Below are positions 1 to 10,167 of a stretch of DNA of 64,000 nucleotides, one piece after another. Under the pieces are notes generated by a model, which was not told the origin of the DNA, did no database searches, and saw nothing but the letters and a program-made list of their open reading frames with translations. How positions within the stretch are numbered: position 1 is the stretch's first letter; every line of letters begins with the position of its first letter. The stretch is from Fibrobacterales bacterium. GTDB lineage: Bacteria > Fibrobacterota > Fibrobacteria > Fibrobacterales > JAOPTW01. Location: NCBI GenBank assembly GCA_051532055.1, contig JAOPTX010000010.1:1-64000 (forward strand), in the 5' to 3' direction. The translations under genes and the position numbers were made by a program.

Positions 1-285
1 CGGTGTGGGCGTTTGAGATTTGAAGGAACCTGACTCTAGTACGAGAGGACCGAGTTGGACATTCCTCTGGTGTATCAGTTGTTTTGCCAGAAGCATTGCT
101 GAGTAGCCATGAATCGCAGAGATAAACCCTGAAAGCATCTAAGGGTGAAGCTCCTCCTGAGATTAGATCTCATTGGACATTAGATGTCCCTAAAGACCCG
201 TTCGAGACTAGGACGTTGATAGGTCATAGATGTAAGTGTAGTAATACATTGAGTCGAGTGATACTAATTAGTCGTGAAGCTTAAT
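1..285 (+). rRNA. rrl: 23S rRNA, 3' end (partial, runs off window start)
   Basis: Sarcin-ricin loop CTAGTACGAGAGGACCG at ~36-52 and conserved 3' motifs (GAAAGCATCTAAG, GTTGATAGG, TACTAAT); 3' end approximate. Confidence 0.97.
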
Positions 286-513
286 TTTCTTTATTAAATA
301 CGGGCTCTTTTTTCACTTGTTACATAACGATTTATGTGTCAAGCATTTATAATACTACTGGAATTTTAAAAAAAAGTCTGCAGAAAAAAGTCTCTTCTAG
401 ATTGGAAGATGACTCTGCAGAACTTCGAATCATACTTTACATAGAAAAGATTTTAAGCAAGACAATTAAACATAGTTTGGTTATCTTTACTCAAAATCTT
501 TGAAATTGAATTT

Positions 514-627
514 GATGGAGTCGATGGTCTGAGGGAAACACCTGTTCCCATTTCGAACACAGCAGTTAAGACTCATGACGCCGATGGTACTTGGATGATA
601 TGTCCCGGAAGAGTAGGTGACTCCATT
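514..627 (+). rRNA. rrf: 5S rRNA
   Basis: ATGGAGTC...GACTCCAT terminal helix; ACACCTGTTCCCATTTCGAACACAGCAGTTAAG, GCCGATGGTACT and GAGTAGG motifs; follows 23S. Confidence 0.96.
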
Positions 628-639
628 TTTTAACTTTAG

Positions 640-670
640 AAGCCCGTAGCTATTGCTACGGGCTTTTTTT
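640..670 (+). terminator. Intrinsic terminator of the rRNA operon
   Basis: AAGCCCGTAGC-TATT-GCTACGGGCTT followed by a T run. Confidence 0.9.
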
Positions 671-1292
671 GTGTCCTCTCATAAACTGCTTAATACACGA
701 TGGTCTTAAGGCTAGCCAACCTTAAACTGAACCCTAAAAAATGTTTTTATGTCATTAAGGCTAAACGCTAAAAATCTTTAGATATCTGAATCGAAAATCA
801 TCGTTGGTCAACGACGTACAAGTCTGTTTGTAGATCATCACCCATTTACTGCCAGCGTAATGAATACGCAGCTATCGTGAATGATGATTGACTTTACCTT
901 GTTATTATTTTTACTAAACTATAAGGGTATTACTTGGAAACCTAATAGGTATAGTCGATGTATATTTTCGAGGTCAAGTCACCAACTGATAGTAAATCAC
1001 TGATACTATTAAAACAAGGGCCTAAATTATTATTAGATAACGTATGAATAGTTCACAATAACTTGGAGGGCCATAATTGTACAGGTTCTTTAAATGACTT
1101 CTAAAGTCATGATGAATGTTCAAATTATTTTTAATTTCAATACTAAAGATTTTATTGTTTTTCAGATGAGTTAAAATAATTAATATTGGAAAGCAAACAA
1201 TGTTTGTAATATTCATAAATATTACAATATATTTAATCATAGATCTTTTTTGCTAATTATATTTCTCTATGAAATCAAATAAAGAGGTTATA

Positions 1293-3215
1293 ATGGGTAA
1301 GCTAATATGGTTACTAATTCTCCTGATCACCATGTCTTGCAATACACTATCAGAAGAAAAGGATTCTACTAATTCCAATGTTGATACAGAGGTGTCTTAC
1401 CATGTGGATATCGTATTAGGAACTCTACAAACAGATTCTGTTTTTGTTGAAATTTTTATAGATGGAATAATAGTTAATGATAGTGATGTAGCAGTTAACT
1501 TTTCAATAGACTTAACTACGGTCACTGTACAGTCAAAATTGGGAGAGCAAATAACAATTAATTATATTTGTTATAACAAAGGAATATTAATTGCTCGAAA
1601 TAGTGAAACTACAATTGTTAGCCAAACTGATAAGCTCATAACGGTACCAGATACTAAGGCATCGACTTTTTATGCTGGTAATGATACAACTTTGTTTGTC
1701 GGTGAAGATTATCAAGCAGATATACAATGGAATGACGATTCACCCTCTGTAACTATTTTAACCCAATTTGACCCTGACATTGGTTTTCAGGCATACCATT
1801 CCTACCGGTATCTTTCTGTAGGTAATTATACTGTTATTGCTCAAGCTAATGATGGCCAGCATACTCTTTTAGATACGCTAAATATCACTGTAATTAAACA
1901 TGATTATGAAAAATATTCTAGTGTTAACAATGAATTCGTATTTAGTAGCTCATCAAATATAGAAATATCTTCTTCCTTGGCTGTACTACCGCATGAACCT
2001 TCTTCCTCAATAATATTGTTAATTTCTAGCTCTTCTAAACTAGGAGACAAAATAAGAAGTAGTTCAAGTGTTGTTTTAATATTATCGAGTTCAACGACTT
2101 TATCATCGAGCACGAAAGTTTTATCATCAAGTTCGTACATAGTTGATTACTCAAGTAATTTATCGAGCTCAATATATGAATCAAGTTCGGTGGGATTAAA
2201 TGATCCCCAAATTGTTATGCTAGCTCCTTCTAATATTTCTAAAATTCCCGTTGGTTTGAAGGTTTCTTGCACTGGTAATTGCCCTGTACTTCAAGCATAT
2301 GGGTATCATTATTGGCCATTAAGTTATATCGACAACCGTGTATCTTTAGGTATTGTCAAATTTGATACACTAGGAAATTACATAGGTTTTAAAGAACATT
2401 CAGGGACACGATATGTTGAGACTGGCAACTTGGATGATCAAAATATAAATATTACTTTTACAGGACAGTCCAATAAATCAGTCAGTATAGCACTAGCTGA
2501 ACTTGAAAGTATAGTATCTACTGAGTCTCGGCCCAAAGTTGAATTAATTGCTAAGGGACTAATACCAACTATACCAGCTGGATTAAAAGTTTCTTGTTTT
2601 TCTGATGCCTCTACTAATAGTTCGAATACATGCCCTGTAGTGAAATGGAATGGGATAAGTTATTGGGCTCTAAGTTATTTCGACAATCGATCTTCACTTA
2701 GTATTGTTGGGTTTGATATGAATGGCACAGTTTTAACTCAGAAAGAAATAATAGGAACTCGATACGTCTGGACTGCAATAATTAATGAAAGTGATAGTAC
2801 CATTACTTTTAAAGGACAGGGTTCCGGAATGATTAATATAGCTTGGAATCAGTTGGGAAGTATTGACAATGTAATTTCACCAACGATTTCAATGGTAAAT
2901 GGTTCTAGTGCACCAGCTATTCCAGCAGGTTCAAAAATAACTTGTTTTGATGGGCCAAACAGCTTTACTTCCTCACCATGTCCTGTTGTTAGTTATGAAA
3001 ATTCAACTTATTGGGCCTATAGTTATTTAGACAATCGAAGTGCTTTAAATATTGTAAAATATGATATTAACAATATTATAATTGGCCAAAAAGAGATTAC
3101 TGGAGTGCGTTATATCTGGGAAATAGAAATTGACACAATAACGAAACAATTGACCTTTAAAGGACAAGGCGGTGGTACAGGAAAAGTACTATTTAGTGAA
3201 TTGTCTGCCATGTAA
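1293..3215 (+). CDS. Lipoprotein with Ig/PKD-like region, Ser-rich linker and three C-terminal ~110-aa repeats
   Basis: Signal MGKLIWLLILLITMS-C after AAAGAGG RBS (ORF also open from 1269); poly-Ser linker; three repeats of IPxGxKxxC..CPV..YW.xSY.DNR..G.RY..TFxGQ. Confidence 0.8.
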   Translation: MGKLIWLLILLITMSCNTLSEEKDSTNSNVDTEVSYHVDIVLGTLQTDSVFVEIFIDGIIVNDSDVAVNFSIDLTTVTVQSKLGEQITINYICYNKGILIARNSETTIVSQTDKLITVPDTKASTFYAGNDTTLFVGEDYQADIQWNDDSPSVTILTQFDPDIGFQAYHSYRYLSVGNYTVIAQANDGQHTLLDTLNITVIKHDYEKYSSVNNEFVFSSSSNIEISSSLAVLPHEPSSSIILLISSSSKLGDKIRSSSSVVLILSSSTTLSSSTKVLSSSSYIVDYSSNLSSSIYESSSVGLNDPQIVMLAPSNISKIPVGLKVSCTGNCPVLQAYGYHYWPLSYIDNRVSLGIVKFDTLGNYIGFKEHSGTRYVETGNLDDQNINITFTGQSNKSVSIALAELESIVSTESRPKVELIAKGLIPTIPAGLKVSCFSDASTNSSNTCPVVKWNGISYWALSYFDNRSSLSIVGFDMNGTVLTQKEIIGTRYVWTAIINESDSTITFKGQGSGMINIAWNQLGSIDNVISPTISMVNGSSAPAIPAGSKITCFDGPNSFTSSPCPVVSYENSTYWAYSYLDNRSALNIVKYDINNIIIGQKEITGVRYIWEIEIDTITKQLTFKGQGGGTGKVLFSELSAM

Positions 3216-3259
3216 TGGACGTTAATTAGCTTTAAAAACTAAAATATTGTTATGTCCGG

Positions 3260-3286
3260 TCAAGTTTATGAAATATCTGCCGATCA
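3260..3286 (+). promoter_or_regulatory. Sigma28 (FliA)-type promoter
   Basis: TCAAGTTT-N11-GCCGATCA, matching TAAAGTTT-N11-GCCGATAA in spacing; lies upstream of a YjfB-like gene. Confidence 0.7.
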
Positions 3287-3326
3287 CACCTATTAGGTCT
3301 CACTGTTTTCAAGGAGGAAACTACTT

Positions 3327-3503
3327 ATGCAAATGGGATCATTATCTGCACAATCAGGTGAAGTGTCATCAGCAAAAGATATTACTTTACTTAAAAAGTC
3401 TCACGACATGGCAGAGGATCAACAAGCTCAATTAATTAATAGCTTGCCTCAGCCAAAAACTAGCCAGCCAGGGATGGGAATGGGAATTGATGTGACAGCT
3501 TAA
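3327..3503 (+). CDS. YjfB-family putative motility protein (58 aa; not in ORF track)
   Basis: AAGGAGG RBS; MQMGSLSAQSGEVSSAKDITLLKKSHDMAEDQQAQLINSLPQPKTSQPGMGMGIDVTA fits the LKKxxD...QLIxSL...GxxIDV pattern. Confidence 0.8.
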   Translation: MQMGSLSAQSGEVSSAKDITLLKKSHDMAEDQQAQLINSLPQPKTSQPGMGMGIDVTA

Positions 3504-3540
3504 AAGGAAGAGGGTTGTGGATTCACAACCCTCTTCCTTT
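3504..3540. terminator. Bidirectional intrinsic terminator
   Basis: AAAGGAAGAGGGTTGTG-GATT-CACAACCCTCTTCCTTT between convergent genes. Confidence 0.85.
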
Positions 3541-3543
3541 TAA

Positions 3544-4032
3544 TTATTTTCTATGTGCTTTTGGAAGTCCTATTATTTCGGACAATATAAAAGCTTCTTT
3601 AAGCTTATCGGGTGTAGATAGCTTATCAAAAATATGAACACTATCTCTTATGAGAGGCCGCGAAACATATTTTGCTACTGGTTTCTTTACATACAGTTCT
3701 TCTGGCTTAAAATTGTCTTGATTTTCTAATTCTTCTTCTTTATCGAATTGAGAGGTATATACTGTTGTAGTATATGGATCTACATTAATTTTTTCAGGGA
3801 AACTACTCGCTGGTTGTAGTTCCTGAGTCATACCTTCAATAAATGATTTAAAGGGATCAGATTTTTGATCCTCGCCATTTTTAGCACTGGATGGGTTAGT
3901 CGGAGTAGTATTATTTTTCTCAGCTTGTTTAGCTTTTTGAGCAGCCTCTTTCTTTTTTTTGCTGGCAAAGAGTCCTCCAATAATTTGGAGGACCACAAGG
4001 ACAACAATAAGGCCTGGGCCAAAATCATCCAT
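3544..4032 (-). CDS. Hypothetical membrane-anchored protein (YqfB-like, downstream of floA)
   Basis: N-terminal TM; C-terminal LKEAFILSEIIGxPKA motif typical of genes following floA. Confidence 0.7.
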   Translation of the reverse strand: MDDFGPGLIVVLVVLQIIGGLFASKKKKEAAQKAKQAEKNNTTPTNPSSAKNGEDQKSDPFKSFIEGMTQELQPASSFPEKINVDPYTTTVYTSQFDKEEELENQDNFKPEELYVKKPVAKYVSRPLIRDSVHIFDKLSTPDKLKEAFILSEIIGLPKAHRK

Positions 4033-4034
4033 AT

Positions 4035-5030
4035 TTATACCTGATCGTTATCGTCTTTTGAAGTACTTTGATTTGTGCCACCAATAGAATCACGCATACT
4101 TGTGTCAGCTTGGATATTTTTCATATTGTAATAATCCATGATACCAAGGTTTCCTTCTCTAAAAGCTTGAGCCATTGCTTTAGGGATTTCGGCTTCAGCA
4201 GCGACTACTTTAGCGCGCATTTCCATAACACTAGCTTGCATCTCTTGTTCTTGTGCATATGCCATTGCACGTCGCTCTTCTGCTTTAGCTTGTGCTATTT
4301 TTTTATCAGCTTCTGCCCGGTCAGTTTCTAGGTCTGCACCAATATTTTTTCCGACATCAACATCGGCAATATCAATGGATAGAATTTCGAAAGCCGTTCC
4401 ACTATCCAGGCCAGAACCGAGAACTTTTTTTGATATTACATTTGGATTTTCTAACACTTGCTTATGGGTAGATGATGAACCAATTGCTGAGACAATTCCC
4501 TCACCTACTCGTGCTATAACGGTTTCTTCACCTGCGCCCCCAACGAGTTTGTCGATAGAGGCTCTTACGGTTATGCGAACTACAGCTTTAAGCTGAATTC
4601 CGTCAAGTGCAACAGCAGATATCTTTGGTGTTTCGATAACTTTAGGGTTTACACTCATCTGGACCGCTTGAAGAACGTTTCTACCTGCAAGGTCAATTGC
4701 TGATGCTTGTTTGAAGTCTAGATTTATATTGGCTTTACCAGCGGCAATGAGGGACTGTACTACTCGTAATACATTACCGCCAGACATAAAGTGGGCTTCT
4801 AATAAATTTGTAGGTACTGGTATACCTGCTTTAACGGCTAGGATACGAGCATCTACGATAAGGCGAGGAGGAACCTTTCTCATTCTCATTCCTACGAGTT
4901 GTAAAAATGAAATTTCTGCTTTAGAAAAAAGAGCTTGCAGCCAGAGGCTGAAAAAGCTTCCAATAAAGAAGAGTAATACTATGAGTACTACGACTCCGAC
5001 TATTAATATGGGTAATGTTAAATTGTCCAT
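4035..5030 (-). CDS. floA: Flotillin-like protein FloA (YqfA, UPF0365)
   Basis: [69 protein letters not shown]. Confidence 0.95.
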   Translation of the reverse strand: MDNLTLPILIVGVVVLIVLLFFIGSFFSLWLQALFSKAEISFLQLVGMRMRKVPPRLIVDARILAVKAGIPVPTNLLEAHFMSGGNVLRVVQSLIAAGKANINLDFKQASAIDLAGRNVLQAVQMSVNPKVIETPKISAVALDGIQLKAVVRITVRASIDKLVGGAGEETVIARVGEGIVSAIGSSSTHKQVLENPNVISKKVLGSGLDSGTAFEILSIDIADVDVGKNIGADLETDRAEADKKIAQAKAEERRAMAYAQEQEMQASVMEMRAKVVAAEAEIPKAMAQAFREGNLGIMDYYNMKNIQADTSMRDSIGGTNQSTSKDDNDQV

Positions 5031-5045
5031 GTCTATCCTTTTTAA

Positions 5046-5528
5046 TTAATTGTTTTTAAGTGCTACTATGATTTTGTTTTCTGAAACATCTAATATGAGT
5101 ACTTCTAAATCGGGTTCTATCATTTCGCCATTAGAGAGGGCATCAAATTGCTCTCCTTCAATTTCGATTGTCCCACTTGGACGAAGTTGTGTTATTACAA
5201 GCCCCGTTTTACCAATGAGGTCTTCGTGTGAACTACTCGTGTCGAAAGTGTAACCACTCTCTTTCGTTAGATCTTCATTATTCATTAACGGGGAGGCTTT
5301 AAGGACTTTAAAGCCAATGATAATAGACAAGGGTATGCCTATCAAGTCTAATAAGCCAAACAACAGAAACGATGTAGTATGAGCCTGCTCAACAATTATA
5401 AACCAGCTATAAGCAAATCCACCTATTGCTAAAATTGATATTACACCACCTGAAGGAATGAGGATTTCTAAAAATATCAGAACAAAGGCTAATACTTGGA
5501 AAATAGTTATGATTACGTATGAATTCAT
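5046..5528 (-). CDS. Short NfeD-family membrane protein
   Basis: EILIPSGG TM region; C-terminal OB fold LIGKTG..TQLRPSG..IEGEQFDA. Confidence 0.85.
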   Translation of the reverse strand: MNSYVIITIFQVLAFVLIFLEILIPSGGVISILAIGGFAYSWFIIVEQAHTTSFLLFGLLDLIGIPLSIIIGFKVLKASPLMNNEDLTKESGYTFDTSSSHEDLIGKTGLVITQLRPSGTIEIEGEQFDALSNGEMIEPDLEVLILDVSENKIIVALKNN

Positions 5529-5529
5529 T

Positions 5530-7044
5530 TTAACCTTTTTTTACTATGACTTTTTGACCTTCTATGGAGATGATTATTACGGTACTTCCTTTCTCAATAT
5601 ATCCAGATTGACCTAGTACCTCAATCTGTTTTCCATCAAAGAGTGCTTTGCCTGTTGGGCGAAGGTCACTTTTTGTTATTCCTGAATCTCCGATTGAAAC
5701 GGAATAATTTGATTCTTGGATTGTTTTAGTGTGAGAATCTACGAGAGTTTCATCGATCATTATACCAAGATTCCGTGGCATGCGTGGAAGGAGGTATTTA
5801 CTTATAATAATAGGAACAATAAGCGATGCAATTGCAAGAAGAAGAATGTCACTTACATTATCTAAAAAAAGATCAATTCTATCAAGAGTTATATCTGGAG
5901 TTGAAATATCACCTCCCTTAAGGGACAGGCCAAAGGCAATGATGAAGCAGATAACCCCAAGCGAAGCACTTATTAAAGTACCGGGTACCAAAATGATCTC
6001 CACTAGTACAAGAATAATACCCAAGGTTACAAAAATGAGCCCAATATGATCAGCAATGCCAGCAACATATTGGCCCAGAAATACAATACTGAGAGCTATG
6101 ATCCCTATGATGCCAAAGATTCCAAAGCCTGGTGTCTTAATTTCCATATAAATTGCACCAAAACCAATGAGCATTAATATTGGGGAGATGGTTCCTATAA
6201 ATCGGGCTAGTTGTTCAGCCCAGTTAATATCGATCGATTTATGTGTAGTTATTCCCAAGTGTTTTACAAGGGCGTCGATGTCTTTAATAGTGCCTCTTGA
6301 AAAGCCAAAGGTTTCAGCTTCGGTATTAGTAAGTGTCAAAAGTTCATCTTTACGAACAATGGTTTTTTTCTTCCATAGTTTTTGTTCCTTCTCATCCATT
6401 TCTTCCCATTCATGTTTTAGAACAAATTGGATTGAGTCTTTATAAGTAAGCTTCAGTACTTCAAGGTCACTTGAAACCATGGCCTGACTGAGAAGTTTAG
6501 GGTATCCATTTCTCTCAGCTAAATTTCGAAACTTAGCTCTGAGGGGAGATTGAATTTTTTCGCCCATCATAACAGGTCCTTGCTGCCCTTGTATAACAGG
6601 AGCGCAGTCACCGATTGTGGTTGTTGGTTTCATATAAAGCATATTACTCGCAAAGCTGATGAGTGCACCAGCTGAGATTGCTTTTTTATTAACAAAAGCA
6701 ATCGTTGTTATACTATCGGGAATAGCAGTAATTGCATCAACAATATTAAATGCCGCATCGAGACGCCCACCAAAAGTATTAACTTCAAAAATTATATATT
6801 GTGGTGATTGTGAAACAGCTTGACTAATTGCACGCTCAACATAGTCAGCCATGCCAGGGTCTACCATTTCTTCTAGTGTTATAACTGCTGCAGTGGGACT
6901 TTCAATTTTACTACTGCTGGAAAATGGTTGTTTACTCTTATTAGGTTTTTCAACTGAAGAGAGAGTGAGGGCTTGTTCCTTGTTGTTGGAATAGAGTGTA
7001 CTTATCAGCAAAGTAGCGAGTAGTATGATCTGTTTTAAATTCAT
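5530..7044 (-). CDS. nfeD: Long NfeD-family membrane-bound serine protease (ClpP class)
   Basis: NTFGG, AISAGALI, TTIGDCAP, MGEK, LLTLT..EA, EIKTPGFG, C-terminal DLRPTG. Confidence 0.88.
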   Translation of the reverse strand: MNLKQIILLATLLISTLYSNNKEQALTLSSVEKPNKSKQPFSSSSKIESPTAAVITLEEMVDPGMADYVERAISQAVSQSPQYIIFEVNTFGGRLDAAFNIVDAITAIPDSITTIAFVNKKAISAGALISFASNMLYMKPTTTIGDCAPVIQGQQGPVMMGEKIQSPLRAKFRNLAERNGYPKLLSQAMVSSDLEVLKLTYKDSIQFVLKHEWEEMDEKEQKLWKKKTIVRKDELLTLTNTEAETFGFSRGTIKDIDALVKHLGITTHKSIDINWAEQLARFIGTISPILMLIGFGAIYMEIKTPGFGIFGIIGIIALSIVFLGQYVAGIADHIGLIFVTLGIILVLVEIILVPGTLISASLGVICFIIAFGLSLKGGDISTPDITLDRIDLFLDNVSDILLLAIASLIVPIIISKYLLPRMPRNLGIMIDETLVDSHTKTIQESNYSVSIGDSGITKSDLRPTGKALFDGKQIEVLGQSGYIEKGSTVIIISIEGQKVIVKKG

Positions 7045-7128
7045 GACAACATTTTAAAAAATAGTACCTCTATAAGGTAGTAATTGGGAATCTTTTTACA
7101 GACTAAGAATGATGTTCATGTGTGAAAA

Positions 7129-8409
7129 TTATGCTTGCTCTTGATTTTGATTTTCTTCATCTTTGGGAAGCATAACTTGTAGGTTATTTACAAGATTCAA
7201 ATTTTTACCCGCCCACATAGCGGCAAAAGTAGCGGTACTTTTTTGAAGATTGGTGTGCACATGTCCTTCTAAATAGACGACCCCATTAATGGTATGTACC
7301 TTAATTGAGGCCGAATCCAGTAGTTGTAATTTGTCTAGTGCATTAATTACTTGATTTGTCGTTTCTTGGTCTTTGGCACTCGAAGTATCTTTTTTCTCAA
7401 GCTTTAGATGGATTTCTTTCAGTCCATCAATTGACGCGAGTGATTCATAAATTTTATTTTGATTTGAATGCTTTTCGACATAGCCACATAGTTCGGCTTC
7501 ACCTTTGGTTACGGTGATATTAACCCCTAAAATTCCTGGATTAGAATCGAAAAGATACTGGTGTATTTCTCGTTGTAATAGGTCATCTGACACATTGATC
7601 ACCGGTTGTATAGCAATATTTGAAATCACTCCTAACACACCTTCAAGTGAGTCGATAAAGCGAATAAGGACCTCTCTATCCAGAATATGGGTTAGAGTTC
7701 CCGATAAGAAGACTATTCCATTGCTGACATTAATAGTTATGGTTGATGTGTCAAAATCAATTGAATTGAGCGTAGAGGTTACGATATCAGATAAGGTATG
7801 ATTGTCTTTAACTTTTGGATCTACACCAGGGAGTGTCATAATAAGAAAGGTTTTATCTTCAAGTTGGATAATAATCTTTTCTTTTTGTCCGTGAATCACA
7901 CCCACAGTCTTACCTGATATATTTCTGTTGACATGATAGATGTAGTCGCCGATTAATGTATTACCAAGCTGAAAAGGGAGAAGCTTATAGGATATCAGGG
8001 CTTCTTTACCTGCTACATCAGGTGTTTTGATTTTAATCGTTTTTTCAGTACCATCTTCATAGGTTAAGATAAATTCTTCAAATCCATTTTGCCAAAAACG
8101 ACCTTTCACTCTACCTGGACGTGAATGACCGGGGATATAAACCCAGTCTCCGAGAATAATACGGCCACGACCCGCAATTTTACATGAAAATTCACCTTGC
8201 TTTTCAGGTGTGAGACTTCGAAGATCAGAGGCGAAGAGAATTTGGTATTCTCTACAGTTGTAACAATGTCCAAGAAGGCGTTCACGTGCTGAAATTTTCC
8301 CACCAAAGAGAATAGCTTGACGGGAAAAAAGTTCGTGGGTAGCAACAGAAGAACAGTGCTTACAGTACAGCTTCTCTTTTTTATAGGAATGATCGAAAAA
8401 GGTCCTCAT
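7129..8409 (-). CDS. BON-domain protein with N-terminal zinc-ribbon-like region
   Basis: CKHC...CYNC near N-terminus; three BON-like repeats (INVSNGIVFLSG, ITVTKGEAELCG, VHTINGVVYLEG..VNNLQV); no signal peptide. Confidence 0.75.
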   Translation of the reverse strand: MRTFFDHSYKKEKLYCKHCSSVATHELFSRQAILFGGKISARERLLGHCYNCREYQILFASDLRSLTPEKQGEFSCKIAGRGRIILGDWVYIPGHSRPGRVKGRFWQNGFEEFILTYEDGTEKTIKIKTPDVAGKEALISYKLLPFQLGNTLIGDYIYHVNRNISGKTVGVIHGQKEKIIIQLEDKTFLIMTLPGVDPKVKDNHTLSDIVTSTLNSIDFDTSTITINVSNGIVFLSGTLTHILDREVLIRFIDSLEGVLGVISNIAIQPVINVSDDLLQREIHQYLFDSNPGILGVNITVTKGEAELCGYVEKHSNQNKIYESLASIDGLKEIHLKLEKKDTSSAKDQETTNQVINALDKLQLLDSASIKVHTINGVVYLEGHVHTNLQKSTATFAAMWAGKNLNLVNNLQVMLPKDEENQNQEQA

Positions 8410-8424
8410 AGAGTAAGGATACTA

Positions 8425-9891
8425 CTATTCAGCGAGTTCCTCAACACGTTTCACTGCTTGTGACAATCTTTTTACACTTTCAGCTTTGCCAATCAGTTCA
8501 ATAGTTGTCATAAGGTCGGCACCAGAAGCAACTCCAGATAGCGCTAGTCGAACCGGTTGGGCGACTTTACCAAAGCCAAGTTCGAGGTCTTCCATGATCT
8601 GTTTCAATGTACTATCAATCTGTTCAGCATTAAAGGTGTCGAGTGCTTCAAAACGTTCAATTACTACAGCGAGGGTTTGCTCAGTTCCCGGTTTCCATAC
8701 CTTTTTGACTGCTTTCTCGTCAAATTCAGTAGGCTCCCTGTAGAAAATTGCTCCTCGACTTAGGAAGTCCTCAAGTCTCTTACAACCCTCTTTTATGAGT
8801 GAAATTACGGAAATATTAAATTCATATGGGTAGTCAGAAAGAGTGATACCCGCTGATTTGAATATCGGTACCAGCGATGAGAAAAGGTCGACGGCATCCA
8901 TTTCATTAAAGTATTGGCCATTGAGCCATTCTAGCTTTTTTTCATCAAAAACGGCACTTTTTGCAATAATTCGGTCAAGAGAAAAGGAGGATATCATCTC
9001 TTCGAGGCTCATTTTTTCACGGTCATCACCAGGACTCCAACCGAGTAGAGCGAGAAAGTTAAAGAGGGTCTCTGGAAGGTACCCAAGTTCTTTATAGTCA
9101 CCTACTGAAGCGGCGCCTTTACGTTTACTCAATTTCCCACCAGTCGCTGATAATATAACAGGAAGGTGTACAAATTCAGGGCGCTCCCAATCAAATGCAT
9201 CATAAAGAAGTGCATGTTTAGGGGTAGATGCAATCCACTCATCGCCACGAAGGACGTGGGAAATTTGCATGTGGTGATCGTCCACTACACTTGCCAAATG
9301 GTAGGTAGGATAGCCATCTCGTTTGAACAGAACGAGGTCGTCAAGTACACTGTTTTGGTACGATATAGTGCCTCGGAGGTAATCTTTAAAGGTTGTTTCA
9401 CCCTCAGATGGTGTTTTAAGCCGAATTACATAAGCTTCACCTGCGGTGATCCGTTTGCGAGATTCTTCAACATTGAGGTCACGACAGTGACCATCATACC
9501 CAAAATGCTGAGCTTTTTCGGCTTCTTGTTTCTCGCGAAGTTCTTGCAGGCGTTCAGAGGCACAAAAACAGTAGTAGGCTTCACCTTTTTCAACAAGTTC
9601 GTCTGCACATTTCTTATAGAGTTCTAGTCGTTCAGATTGTTGATAGGGGCCAAAATCACCACCTACTTCGATGCCCTCATCCCAATTCAGGCCAAGCCAC
9701 TTAAGGTCACGGATAAGGTCATGTAATGCTTCTTCATTATAGCGCGCTCTGTCAGTATCCTCTATTCTGAGGATGAATTTTCCGCCGGTAGCTTTAGCAA
9801 AGAGCCAATTAAAGAGGGCGGTGCGTGCGCCACCTACATGAAGGTACCCAGTTGGAGATGGAGCAAAACGAACGCGTGGTGTAGTAGACAT
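8425..9891 (-). CDS. gltX: Glutamate--tRNA ligase
   Basis: RVRFAPSPTGYLHVGGARTAL, LRIEDTD, HVLRGDEW, KLSKR. Confidence 0.97.
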   Translation of the reverse strand: MSTTPRVRFAPSPTGYLHVGGARTALFNWLFAKATGGKFILRIEDTDRARYNEEALHDLIRDLKWLGLNWDEGIEVGGDFGPYQQSERLELYKKCADELVEKGEAYYCFCASERLQELREKQEAEKAQHFGYDGHCRDLNVEESRKRITAGEAYVIRLKTPSEGETTFKDYLRGTISYQNSVLDDLVLFKRDGYPTYHLASVVDDHHMQISHVLRGDEWIASTPKHALLYDAFDWERPEFVHLPVILSATGGKLSKRKGAASVGDYKELGYLPETLFNFLALLGWSPGDDREKMSLEEMISSFSLDRIIAKSAVFDEKKLEWLNGQYFNEMDAVDLFSSLVPIFKSAGITLSDYPYEFNISVISLIKEGCKRLEDFLSRGAIFYREPTEFDEKAVKKVWKPGTEQTLAVVIERFEALDTFNAEQIDSTLKQIMEDLELGFGKVAQPVRLALSGVASGADLMTTIELIGKAESVKRLSQAVKRVEELAE

Positions 9892-10079
9892 GTGATACCT
9901 GCTTAATTTTAGGCAAAATATAGTAAAAAAGGTAGAAGTCTGATTTGGGAAGTGAGAAGGGTCAGTAAACTTTATAGGGTGAAAAGGCGGAACAAAGTAT
10001 TGTATAACTCAGAAGGAGCCTATGATCAATTGCCACATGTGTTTAATGGCATAATTGAATATTGGGAGAATTCAAAGAA

Positions 10080-10167
10080 CGGGAAGAGGGGGATTCGAAC
10101 CCCCGGTAGGCTATTCACCTACGACGATTTAGCAAACCGCTCCCTTAAGCCACTCGGGCATCTTCCC
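10080..10167 (-). tRNA. tRNA-Ser(GCT)
   Basis: Reverse complement GGGAAGATGCCCGAGTGGCTTAAGGGAGCGGTTTGCTAAATCGT...long variable arm...GGGGGTTCGAATCCCCCTCTTCCCG; CCA not encoded. Confidence 0.95.

Noticed and set aside
690..1000. Possible IS4-like transposase scar (minus-strand IAAYSLRWQ* resembles YxxRW)
   Set aside because: Only a few residues match, followed by an immediate stop; no terminal IRs or extended ORF
1022..1240. 72-aa minus-strand ORF
   Set aside because: Very AT-rich, no motif or RBS; probably the promoter region of the lipoprotein gene
3247..3435. 62-aa ORF in the track
   Set aside because: Overlaps the better-supported YjfB-like frame (3327-3503), which has an RBS, promoter and family motif
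3544..7044. NfeD-NfeD-FloA-YqfB-like locus as a new system
   Set aside because: Matches the established yqeZ-yqfA(floA)-yqfB arrangement; an extra short NfeD is a minor variant
10080..10167. tRNA-Ser as an integration site
   Set aside because: No integrase and no duplicated tRNA 3' end seen; flanked by core genes
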